From positions 47,616,001 through 47,680,000 of the forward strand of contig NC_087247.1 of the NCBI RefSeq assembly GCF_037042905.1: DNA of 64,000 bases. Reading direction: 5' to 3'. This DNA is from Lytechinus pictus (lineage: Eukaryota). Below, one piece after another: positions 1 through 38,581 of the stretch; the stretch's first letter is position 1; each line of letters opens with the position of its first letter. Made by a program: the position numbers and the translations under genes. Below the pieces are notes generated by a model. It had not been told where the DNA came from. It saw only the letters and a program-made list of their open reading frames with translations, and searched no databases.

Positions 1-726
1 GCTGTTACTAGTGTTAGCTGTGGGGAATTGGAAACTACATACAGAGACCTACATGTATGCAGTAGACCTCTACAAACACATTAAAAAAAAATCATTAAAA
101 TATCACTTTTGAAACCAATGATACTGATTTCAATACAGTTGCAATTTATTTTTTATTAGTAACTTCGGGATTATTTTTGTATTCACCAGAGCGCTCAAAA
201 ACTTGAATTTTGGGCATATTTTTGTGTAGGCCCTCTATTGGTGGAAAGTAAAATTGCAAGAAAATTGTCATTCAACAATCTATTTTTAATTTAGAAAAAA
301 TAATAATTGAAATCATTTAAGTTGCCTAAGAGCCAAGTTATATGGTGAATAGATCTAGTTGTAATGGAGGAAACTGACAATAAAATCAAGCATTTGTCCC
401 AAAGAAGAAGAGAAAATTACGCCAAACATTGCCAACGTTATTTCCCCCACCCAGTGACTACATGTATCATAACCTTGTTCATTAGATGAGTGCCTGTAGC
501 CTACTTCTTAAAGTTCATGTCTACCCAAAGTGTAATACTGTGTTTTAGGGGCCTGCCAATGATGATCACTTTTTCCATTTTATAATGTGGTACTTTTTAT
601 GGTAGTGATTTCATGATACAAAATCAGATTAAAGAAAAAAAAAAGGAATTGATATTTCATATTAATTAATTATTTACATGTAGAGTACAAACTTAAAAAA
701 TAGTGCATTGCATATGGTCGCATGTC

Positions 727-1062
727 ATAAGGTGGTCCAATTTCGCGAACAGGGTAAAAATGGTCCAAAAAATTATTTTTTGGATGTTACAGGTATTACC
801 ATTCTTAGTGAAAAAGTGTTAAGTCTCAAATACCTTTTTTTTTCTTAAAATGACTAATTAACAACTAATTATTACATAGACCTCAATGTAACAGGGCCCT
901 GTCCACGTAGGATTATATTATTGTTACTGGGGGTGCTGAGCATTGTCACAGCACCACCAGTAACAATAGATAATCCTCTGTGGAAAGGGTTTATGCAATG
1001 TAAATATGAATTTTGAAATGTGTTTGGTGTCAAAAGTTAATGCAACATTGGATCACCCTAGT
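727..1062. mobile_element. Palindromic MITE (Tc1/mariner-like), degenerate
   Basis: Inverted ends aaggtggtccaat / attggatcaccct, and a central hairpin at ~897-990. Confidence 0.5.
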
Positions 1063-1145
1063 ATTTAGCAGTATTAATCTTGTAACATCAATAATTAAAT
1101 CTGTAACAAAAAATGAATAATTATCTGTTATTGTATGCATATTAA

Positions 1146-1757
1146 AGGTCAAGTCCACCACAGGAAAATGTTTTTATTTTATTAGAATAAATAGAGAAAA
1201 GTCAAACTACATGTACTGTAGCATAACACTGACAATTTCATCAAAATCGGATGTAAAATAACAAAGCTATGACATTTTTAAGTTTCGCTTATTAAAAAAA
1301 AACACCCATGCATAACTCAGTGACATGCAAATGAGACAGTTGATGATGTCCCTCACTCACTATTTGTTTGGTTTTTTTTATTGTTTGAATTATACAATAT
1401 TTTTTTTTTTTTTTAATGTGACAATATGGACCAACTTGACTAAACCATACAGTATTAAACAATGCTAATTCCATATGTTCAGGGAGGAATTATTGTTGTT
1501 TCACTTGACAATGAGGAGGAAATTAGAATATTTCATATAATAAAATACTAAAGAAATAGTGAGTGGATGACGTCATCAGTCTCCTCATTTGCATACCAAA
1601 CAGGATGTGCATATAACTGTTTTGTGAAATTAAGCGAAACTTTAAAATGTCATAACTTTTTTGTTTCACATCCGATTTTGATGAAATTTTCAGTTTTATG
1701 CTTGTTGGATTTTTCTCTTTTTATTCAAATCAACTTTTGTTGGGGTGGACTTGTCCT
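1146..1757. mobile_element. Kolobok-type non-autonomous element, family A copy 1
   Basis: TTAA|AGGTCAAGTCCACC ... GGTGGACTTGTCCT|TTAA. TTAA TSD with AGG/CCT termini; five more copies in the window. Confidence 0.85.
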
Positions 1758-2981
1758 TTAATTACACTAATTAACAATATTCAATTTCACATTTTTGCCC
1801 CCAAAATGCCTGTCGCTGTTTATAAGCTTGGCAAAATGACTACATCATGAATAGAAATGTTTGTTGCAATGATATACAACATTTGTACGAAAAAATAAGA
1901 TTACAAATGAGATAATTCTCCAGTTTACTAATTGATTGGGTTGGAGATCATTGCTGACATACTCATGTATTTCATTCCTGCATATTTTCAAAATTGTCAA
2001 ATTTTTATAACATTTATTTGTTCCCTGCTTTTAAACTGCCTAGAACTATGAGGCCAAAATTCATATCACAGTTTGTAGTAAGTTGTTAATTAAGTTTAAT
2101 TAACATTTTATCATTCACCGCATCCACCGGCTCCGCCACACCTGTGACTTCAAACTTAATGTGCTATAGTTTTAGTTCCTGATATTGTATTGATATACTT
2201 TATAGTAATATATTTAGCCTATAGTTCTAGCTTCAAAATGAGATCTTACTCAATAAATTTGGTCAAGATGCTGTGATGTAGCAACAATTTATCAATGGCA
2301 CCATGTGGAAAATTGTTATCCGCCACCCTTTGCATACCCAACTTATGAAATGCAACCATATACAATGTATGTGTAATCCATCTCAAATTGCAAACTGACC
2401 TACATGATGTAGAATTAGATACCTTGCGCATAGTCATTTATCTGAGTTAAAAGCCTGTTCAATAGGAAGATCTTTAAAATCTGACATCAACAACATGAAA
2501 AGTAGCCTAAATTTACCTTATTTACATTAATTAATGTAAATTTCTTTTGGATGAAATCATAATTCATGAAAATATTGGTAAAATATAAACAAATTTGTCA
2601 CCATTTGTGCCCATTCGGCATTCTGAATAAAAATGACACTTTCTAGCAAGCCTCAGGAAATAACTATTTTGAGCTTGATTTTTTTGTTTAAACCTTCACA
2701 AAACTTTTGTGCACGAAATAAAGTCATGCTTTTTCAGAACAGTTTTCCAGCACAGCTTGCAATTGTTGATACAGGTACATGTAGGTATAGAATTTGGGGA
2801 CAGTGAGATCTGCGAAACCCCTTGACCTACAGTACATGTACATTTTTGTCAATGTCATGTCAAGTCATCCCATGCAATGCAATCATCCCTTCTTCAGTTC
2901 GGGAGCTATAATTTGGATTGGTGTTACAAAGTTGGCCTACATATTTTGTGAATGAATTTCAGCCCAATGAATATTTTTAGA

Positions 2982-3306
2982 ATAATAATAATAATATTAG
3001 TAATAATGTTGGCTATGTACTTAGTACATATACTTACGTGTATATAGTGCACAGGTCCACCTTTCGGTGCTCATGGCGCTTTAAAAAAGGCCCTGCTATT
3101 ATCATTACCCCGGCTAAGCTAGGCAACCGATTAAGGCGCAACTTTTTTAAGGAATTCCTGCCAGTACCCATTTACATCACCTGGGTCGAGTGCAGCACAC
3201 AGTGGATGAATTCCTTGCTGAAGGAAATAACGCCATGGCTGGGATATCAACCCATGATCCTCTGTTTCAAAGTCTGGAGACTAATCCACTGGGCCACAAC
3301 GCTCCA
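2982..3306 (-). mobile_element. tRNA-derived SINE with L2-like tail
   Basis: Minus strand TGGCCCAGTGG A-box, degenerate B-box and (ATT)n tail; homologous to 13845 and 25321. Confidence 0.8.
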
Positions 3307-3371
3307 CTACGCAAATGTTTGCAAACTTTGGACACCCCATCATGAGTTATTAAGTTAAAGTTAAACCATTA

Positions 3372-3855
3372 TGCTTTTCACACTGCATTTCCTGTTCCCC
3401 ATTCTATCCTTAAACCCGGACTATATGTATCCTTAACCCATTCTATCTTTTTTTCGATTCACACTGTCTTTCTTAACCCCATACTAATAGCTTAGCCGGG
3501 GTTAACGCCTTAACCCTGGACTATCACACAGCTCATGAATATTGATGATTATGTCATACAAAGCGTGATTACATGTAACGTGCAATTTCAACATCTGTGA
3601 TTGGCTAATGCTTAGCCCCACTTTTCCTTAGCCCTGTTTCGTTTCACACTGCATCTCTTAGCACCGCAATTGTGGTGCTACATGTAAGCCGGCTAACCCT
3701 GCTTTCTTGCAGGGCCAGGTACTATTTACCGTGCTATAACGTGTGAAAACGAAGTGGGCTATAAGCTTTACCCCGGGAAATAGGTGGGGCCAAGACCCCC
3801 CCTTAGCCCCACCAATTTCTTGGGGTTAAGGACAAAAAGTGCAGTGTGAAAAGCA
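3372..3855. mobile_element. MITE with TGCTTTTCACACTGCA TIRs
   Basis: 16-bp perfect TIR flanked by TA on both sides; internal palindromic cttagcccc repeats. Confidence 0.75.
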
Positions 3856-3865
3856 TACAGTTAAA

Positions 3866-4422
3866 CCCTTTGAAATGTACAGTGCGATGATGACCCATAC
3901 CCTGAATTATTTGCACGTATCAACCACATCCACAAACTGCCATGATTCGGGCCCAACGGCATCTTCCCCCTGCTAGTACCCTGACCAGGCAGGCTGAAGT
4001 TGTTTAGCTTCTCATAGACCTAGTCTACATGTACAAACATCGCAAACAGAAATATCAACTCAACTTTAGTGTCTGTTTTGACTAAAGTCAGATTTATCAA
4101 TAGCTTCCCCATAGTCAGCACGTGCCTCGCCGCGCATTACACCGTGTATTACCGCACATGCCACACGAGCCACTGCTGTAGAGTGGCATATACTGGCCAT
4201 TTTTTAGGCTAAAATCTTCCGAAATCAATACCAATCTTGACAGAAATGATCGACTAAATATCCCGTACCAGAAAGATGACGTCATCTTGATGATGTTATC
4301 TTTAAAAGATCACCTGATATTTATTATTTTATAACCTATGTTTTTTAAGTCACATGGCTTCAGGCCTATCGGGTATACATGTATGTGCATTCACTGGTAG
4401 GCTGGAATACCGGTTCAAAGGG
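3866..4422. mobile_element. piggyBac-like MITE
   Basis: CCCTTTGAA ... TTCAAAGGG|TTAA; left flank ttaaa. Confidence 0.55.
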
Positions 4423-5248
4423 TTAAAGATGCTATTTTATTGGATTTTGATGGAATTTTCAGCACTATACTAATTGCTTTTCTGATTCCCCCCCCCTACT
4501 TGTTTAAAACAACTTGTTTGTGTGGACCAAAAGCCTTGTCCAGGGCCCATTTCATAGAGAGTTGCAACTATGGTACTGGTAACTTTGCCATCATTGCAAC
4601 TAGTTTGGTAACTTGGCTTAGCAGTCAGCAGCCAATCAAAATCAAGAGTGTCTCACAAATATGTGCTCAAAAATTAGTGCTCAGGGGAATGAGAAAATAA
4701 TAGCCAAGGTAATTCAAGTACATACAGTAGGGGGTTGGGGTGGACATGTCCTTTTAATGGGGGCCTTTCGGAGAATAATTCGAATTAAATCCTGTGAAAC
4801 TCGTTCAGTGATTGTATCAAACCAACTGAACTATTTTTACTTTGAATATAGTGACACAAACTAGTTTTTAATCAAAGGGCCTCATTTGCCCCACTTTGAT
4901 GGGGCAAATAAGGCCACCTACATGTAACAACAATGTTTAATGGTCATTGATATGCAAATGAGGTTGATTACATGTAGTTTTCATATTTCTGTTGGATATT
5001 GTTGGTCTACTGTAGACCTCACATTAGACATCTATTCACATTTCTGCGGGTATGCTTTAAAAAAGATATGAATGGGATTATGAAAAAGGTGGCCTTATTT
5101 TACCCCACTCGTCCTTACATGTACAGTATAAGATGAAGAAAAAACGGGAAAAGCTGTCATGTGGTTAGGTGTTTTTGGAACAAGTAACTACATGTAATGC
5201 TGATTTTGAGACTTTGATTTTGAAACTTATCTGTTTTGTGTTTCATAG

Positions 5249-5314
5249 AGTTGATACAGACTTGTTCAATACGGATGCTAGTAGAAAGGACTTAGCCTAA
5301 ACTAACACGTACAT
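5249..5314 (+). other. Possible non-coding 5'-UTR exon of BRPF1
   Basis: Pyrimidine tract + tttcatag acceptor and cat|gtaagc donor. Coding exon 1 has an acceptor, so an upstream exon must exist, but its identity is unproven. Confidence 0.3.
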
Positions 5315-5354
5315 GTAAGCCAACAAGCATTATCTTGCTTCATTGAGCATTGAA

Positions 5355-5500
5355 GGTGCTGTGGTCAAGTGGTCTAAGGCGCCTGCTAGACACAAGAAAG
5401 TCCTGGGTTCGATCCCAGCCACGGCACTAATGCCTTTGAGCTGCAAGACATTAATCCACATTGCTATTTTATCCTATATTCATATAAACGGAAATGCTGT
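5355..5500 (+). mobile_element. tRNA-derived SINE head (degenerate)
   Basis: A-box TGGTCAAGTGG and B-box GGTTCGATCC, followed by a SINE core-like gcaagacattaatccacattgc. Confidence 0.6.
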
Positions 5501-7452
5501 TAACAGTCTTTTTAACGATGTGTGGACCTTTTTTCAATTACAGAGCCATATTGACAAGGGTCAAATTCCCTTTTTGGTCATAAGTCCTCTGCCCAGATGT
5601 TCTCAAACTTGGAATGGTTTCATAGTGCAAATTCTAGTTTTAGTTTGAACTGAAACAAAACTTGTATTGAAATTCATTTAATTGATGGAAACACCTTGCA
5701 TTTGGATGTTAATTTTTGGCAGCTAAAGGAATGTTGATAAAAGGGGAAACAATATAATTTTCATGCATGCTGCAGACAGGTGTCAATGGGGGTATCTCCA
5801 GACTGATCAATTGAAAAAATTGAAAATTATCTCACATGTCAATTGTGCAGGTGTTCATTTTGGACATGCTGTGGAATTATGTGTATTCTTAAATATTTTT
5901 TTACTTTATTTTTTTTATTTATTTATTCATTTATTTATTCATTTATTTATTTGTTATAAATAAATCAATCAATCAAAAAATAAGAAAAAAATAAAAATGA
6001 AAATAAAAACAAAAACAAATTTATTTATTCATATACATGTATATATATTTTTTAAATAATTATTTTATGATTGATTGATTGATTCCTTTTTTGGGGTTGG
6101 GGTGGGGTTCTAGTCATCCTAGTGGTGATGCTGCACAGTATTAGTGTTAGTTTTTTGTTTGTCTTTAAAATAGTATGTAATGTTTCCCATTAACCATAAT
6201 ATCCATCATAATAATCTGAACAGGTGATTGGTCTACTCTAAACCCAGTCATGTGACCAAAATACATGTAGTTCCAACCAATGTCACGAAATTGGCAAAAA
6301 TACCATGAATCTCTACATCTGACATCACTAAATGTACCAGGGAATAGTACAGTACCTCGAGCCATGATATCAAACATAAATGATTAAAAATCTATTAAGG
6401 GGTATGGGCAGGGCTTAAACAAATTATGCTTTAAGCACCAAATGCACGAGCGAGTACAAATGTATAATGCACATACATGTATGTGATCAAGGGGATCAAT
6501 TATCTCCATGGCAAAGCTGATGAATGAATAAATGAATTTTTCTCTCAAAGACTGTTATTCAATTAGTTCTACCTTTCTATCTGATGTATATAATTCTGAT
6601 GAGGGATTTATACATGTAAACAAAATATATACATGTAAATGTACAGCCTTCAGTCAGAGGTTTGGTGAAAATACATGTATGATCCCCAAGCAGTGACCTT
6701 TGGGGCTGCACCCATCATGCGCCCCTCAGGGAAACATTGGGGTGTCACTTTGGGAACCATACTGTACATGTAGTTCCAACCACCTCCTCTGGCAGCCGTA
6801 CATGTATTTTTTGTTCATTAACCCATGAATTTCCCCTACATTATACAGTGTACATGTAGAGTATTTTTTTCAGCATTTCATTTGTAGCCGCCATATACAT
6901 GTATATGTATTCAGTCAATGTTTGAAAAATCAAATATTTTTTTTTGAAAAATCGTTTCTTGAAGGCCATTAAAAAAGGGAAGCTGTACATGTACATACAT
7001 TTTTAATTGAACTACATGTACATGTTAAATGTACATGTAGTATGTTGGCGTCCTGGCGATCTTACATGTAAGTGTGAGCGTTTTTCAAATTAAATTAAAA
7101 TTGATTTTATTATTTTACTCCTGGTTGCTTTAACCTTACATACATCTTTGTGTTTGAAATTTGTTGTTCATACATGTGATATGTACATGTATAAATTCTG
7201 AAATTTCTATTCATTTCTTTTTTGTTATTTTTTTTCTTCCTATAACATGTACATGTACTTCTACCACTCTGTATCTTACCATGTTCTTCTCTTTCTTATC
7301 TTTCTATAACAAATACTGCAGGTCTGGTGAAAGGCAATAGACATGTGATTCATGTGTTTCTTCTGTGCAATAGCTTCAACTCATTCAATTTACCCTAAGC
7401 TGACATGCCAAAGTGAGCTTTCATGAGACCTTTACTGATAAAACCTAGGACA

Positions 7453-33710
<26,258 letters not shown>

Positions 33711-34789
33711 GGCTCGATGTGTTTGTCTTTCTCGTTTTCATTTTTTCACTCATTTTCTCTTCATCTATTGTGTTCTGTTTGCACTACTTTATTGTCTGTG
33801 TATTTCTCATACATTATCTCTCCAACTCCTGACCTCACTCATACATTTCTTAATTTTTCCTCATTTTCCATCATTTTCTCTTGTGCACTTCTGTTTAATG
33901 CATTTTTAATGTGTGGTGATAAAATACAACTGGAATCAATTTGGTTGGTGTATTATATAGAGACTCTAAGAGGAAGAAATTATATTAAGTTTTAACAGTA
34001 CATGAATGTAGCACTACTTCAACATGTTCATCATTTTCTTTTCCATAATCATTCTTTGAACCATTTTTTGTCAATTAAAGATTATCAATAACTTTAGGGA
34101 CTTACTCAATCTAACAGGATGACACTTATCAGATAAGTGCATGTATCACTCTTCACTTAAGAAATATAACAATGTTTTAACTTATCTTATGTATACAATT
34201 TGTATTTGAGGAGCCAAGATTGGAATAAGGATTTTAATATTCTTTGTGATTGATGGTGCAAACCTATGTCAAATGCTATCAAGGACAGAGAATTCAGATT
34301 TTACATTACTCTTATTATGACATCATTCAATTTTGCCCCCGAGGCATCTAAATTTTGTCTTGTTAGGGGACTGGTCAACTAAGCTCAGCATCTTTTTTGT
34401 GTACATGGCATCAAATTATATGTTGGTGAAGCAAGGAATTTGCTCTGTAATACAATAACCTTTGGACCGTTCAAATAAAAAAAAAGAGAAATAAGCACAA
34501 AATAATTTTCTGGAGTTGGACAGAATACTCAAGATATATCATAGCATGACAGGGCATTGAATGTGATGTCTTAATCAAATAATTAAAACTTTGATTCGAG
34601 AGTTGATAATATGACGTACAAAAATAACTTTAGTGTTTTGTCTCGTATTTGAACGCAAGAAATGTGGTTAAGCTTTTAGGGTCTCGTGTGAAGATTGCTG
34701 CTAAATATCGTAAACTGTGACAATGTATACAAATCGAGCCTTTGTAACATGAACGACCTCCTCTAGGAAATTCCTGAAACACAGATTAA

Positions 34790-35378
34790 AGGTCAAGTCC
34801 ACCCCAGAAAGATGTTGATTTGAATAAATAGAGAAATATCAAACTAGCATAATGCTGAAAATTTCTTCAAAATCGGATGTAAAATAAGAAGTTATGACAT
34901 TTTAAAGTTTCGCTTATTTTTCATAAAACAGTTATATACACAAATCGGTGACATGCAAATGTGACAGTTGATGATGCCCCTTACTATTTATTTTGTTTTT
35001 TATTATTTGAATTAAATAATATTTCTATTTTTACAGATTTGACAATAAGGATAAAACTGACTGAACCATATGGTATTAACACGATGCTAATTCCACTTGT
35101 TCAGGGAGGAAATAATCTTTGTTTCACTTGACAATGAGGAGAAAATAAGAATATTTCATATAATGAAATACAAAAGAAATAGTGAGTGGATGACATCATT
35201 CTCCTCATTTGCATACCGACCAGGTTGTGCATTAAACTTTTTTGTGAAATTGAGCGTTACTTTAAAATGTCATAACTTTTTTTATTTTACATCTGATTTT
35301 GATGAAATTTTCAAAGTTATTCTTGTTGGGTTTTCTCTTTTTATTCAAATCAACTTTTTGTTGGGGTGGACTAGTCCT
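34790..35378. mobile_element. Kolobok-type family A copy 5 (probable BRPF1 3' UTR)
   Basis: TTAA-flanked; same TIRs and interior as 1146-1757. Confidence 0.87.
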
Positions 35379-35954
35379 TTAAAGTAATGAACTTGGGAGA
35401 TAATCTCAGTCACACATTTTCTGTACCTGAAGTACATTTTGTGATTTTTTTTAAAATCGACCCTTCGGAAAAGAAAATCTGCAAACAGGCCGATTTAATG
35501 ATCGGTTGATTATATTATATTGTCTGCTTTGTCATAGGGTGTGTAGACCAGTTAATTGAGCAATGAAATTTATGGTACTTAAAATAAAGTGTTATAGCAG
35601 TAAGGGATTAAGCTATAATTCTTAATGTACACTTGCAGTGTTCAGGGTATATTCGAGCATTTCTTTTTCTAAAATAATACATTAGCCCCCTGCTTCAGTA
35701 TGTCAGTTGCTTGTGAATATGTTTTTATTTCTTCTATAATTTACATACAATTCCATTCTTTTATCTTTATCTCACAAATCATTTTCTCTTCTTTTTCTCT
35801 ATTTAGAAAAGATTCCTCATTCCATGTTATTATTATTTTTTTTTGTTAATACATGTCATATTGTGCAGCAAGTTAGCTTTCAATACAGAGTCTGTAATTT
35901 TTAATTAAAAATAATTGAATTTGATAATATCCTGAAGGTATCCATATAGATGTT

Positions 35955-36292
35955 GATGATTATTATTATTTGTTTGGTGTCACCTGTGCCTGGGAGGCGA
36001 AAAGCGAACTGAATCACTATGACCCACATGTCTCTCTTCCCGATATAACTGATTGGGTGGAGTGCAGGTTGACCACTACACCGGGTTTCCCCCTACTCTT
36101 ATACGAATAGTGCAGTGGGTTCTTAACGTGCAAAGGTGATGACTCTCCTCTACACGGGACCTCCATTTAACGTCCTATCCGAGGGACGGAGTGTTTTCCA
36201 CTGTAACAACCTGCATCTATGGAACAGTCTCCAGTCATCCGACGGGGTTGGACTCGAACACATGACCTTTGGTTCGACAGGCAGACGCTTTG
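35955..36292 (-). mobile_element. tRNA-headed SINE with Deu-like central domain
   Basis: B-box GTTCGAGTCC; GGATAGGACGTTAAA..GAGGTCC...TTAAGAACCCACTGCACTATTCG..AAGAGTAGGGG..AACCCGGTGT resembles the Deu domain as I recall it; (AAT)n tail. Confidence 0.7.
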
Positions 36293-36980
36293 TTATAAAA
36301 CAAAGCTCTTTTTAAACTTAAATTTTGTTAGGTCTTTGTCCTTAATTGGTACACCTTTTTTCGGTAGGCTATCACTCATTGAATTAAATTGAAAAAATCC
36401 TGGATTGAAAATGAGCTAATTGTGTTATCAATTTGGTTTTAAAAAATTTATTTCACAAATAGAAGGGATATGCATTACATTTTTGCCAGTCCTGATTACC
36501 GGTATCTGTCATATTAGGGATTGTTGAAAGAATATATACTTACGAGAATTTCTATTTGAAATGAAATTTCTTGGATTTGCCTGTAAATATGATTGAAAAC
36601 TATGGCAGTTAATGTGAACTAGAGGAGTATTGATGAGTAAAAGGTAAATGAAATATTTTAAATTATATACTCTGATTATTCTGAGGAGAGAATTAAATTT
36701 GTCTAGGCTATATATTCTTGGTTATTATTGATTTGGAATAGATTTTAATATGAATGTATATAGTGTAAAGTAGCAATCAATTGTAAATTTACATGTTCAT
36801 ATCTTCTAGTTTGGTAGGGCTAATTGATATGGAGGACTATTTATATGTAGATCTCTGTTGCCTTAATACAAAGAAAGTACATTGTTTTATTTGTCCAGTT
36901 GCATGCCGAAAGAGTTGATTTTTTTCTTTTCTTTTCTTAAAGACTTGGAAATGTTGTATTGTAACTGTTTGTTTCCAATC

Positions 36981-36986
36981 AATAAA
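36981..36986 (+). terminator. Candidate BRPF1 polyadenylation signal
   Basis: AATAAA followed ~30 nt later by a T10-GTGGTGGTGT downstream element, at the end of a U-rich + strand tract. Confidence 0.45.
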
Positions 36987-37952
36987 TTGTTAGTAAAAAT
37001 GCAAATTCATACAATTTTTTTTTTGTGGTGGTGTAAAGTCCCCCCCCCCTTTCAGGCTCTTATTTTTATTCAACAGAAAGAGAGGAAGAGCAATAGAATA
37101 AATTCATATAGAAAAGTATATAATGCCATTTATTTTCCAATGCAAAGTGTCAATAAGACGAGGATCAGCAAAACAATTCATCAGTAATGTATACAACACA
37201 AATAAACTCCCTAAAATTACTTTCTAGGGTGCAATGAAGCAAGTGTGTATATTATGCATTTATAGATATAACAAAAATGTTATCAAACTACATAAGATAC
37301 TGCACCAAATCATGATGACAAGATTGAGGCATAAATATATCACATAAATACAAAATATCATTGTGGAATGTTTACACAATTCAAACATCTAAAACAGAGA
37401 TTCCTGCTATAATGAATTAATTGTGAACCACTTCCATTTTTGAAGGCCTGCTTTGGAACAAAACAATTTTGTCATTCTCTAGTTTTGGATGTATTCCAAC
37501 AATAAATATGATCTTATAAATGTTGGCAAGATAAGAGATAGTAACAGAATGTGGAATGAATTTCCTGGCAAGAAGAAAATATATTACCAATAGACCATGG
37601 AGCTATAACTCCATTAATAGACTTTGCTTTACTACTACTCTACTACAATTTAATACATATTTCATTTAGTGGTGCAAAATGATTAATATTGTGAAGAGAA
37701 GTTGTGAACATCAGTACTGGGTGTAAGTAAATGCTTCATCTCTCTTTTGAAAACTGAAGTTCTAAAAATACGGTTAAATTACTGGTTGGAAGATTTCAAG
37801 GTACATGATGTACATCACTTATTTTGAAGCTTTGGTAATCAACTTGTACCCAATAAACTTCTGGGTATTTCATAAAGCTCTTTATAAAGTTATTTCTTGA
37901 TTTAGAGCAACATTCTGATTCCATGCATAAATTATGCATACACTAACATCAT

Positions 37953-38581
37953 AAAAACAAGGCAAACGCCAAGCGTTGTCTCGCCTGCATATTGCAGTCA
38001 TGAAGAGACTGCATGTCAAAACTACATGTATGCTATATGACTTAGATGGACCTCTGTTACGAGTTTGGCGATCCCACCTCGAAGCTATAGAAAGTTATTG
38101 TGTGTACAGCACAGCACAGTGCCAGTCATGGAAAGTTTATTGACCTTTGACCTTATTCAAATTCGGCTCACATTTGAACTTGGCCTGTACCTTCAAGAGA
38201 TGGACGTCTGTTATGAATTTGGCGATCTCACCTCGAAGCTATAGAAATTTATTGTGTGTACAACACGGCACAGTGCCAGTCATGGAAAGTTCTTTGACCT
38301 TATTCAAATTCGACTCATATTCAAACTTGACCTGTGCCTTCAGGAGATGGACCTCTGGTATGAATTTGGTGATCCCACCTCGAAGATATAGAAAGTTATT
38401 ATGTGTACAACACAGCACAGTGCCAGTCATGGAAAGTTCATTGACCTTTGACCTTATTCAAATTTGACTCGTATTCGAACTTGACCTGTGCCTTTAGGAG
38501 ATGAACCTCTGGTATGAATTTGGTGATCCCACCTCGAAGCTATAGAAAGTTATTGGGTGTACAACACAGGCGAGACAAAAA
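37953..38581. mobile_element. Helentron-type non-autonomous element with ~150-bp tandem array (~3.5 units)
   Basis: Subterminal inverted gtctcgcctg / caggcgagac inside A-runs; units start at ~38046, 38198, 38346 and 38499. Confidence 0.75.
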
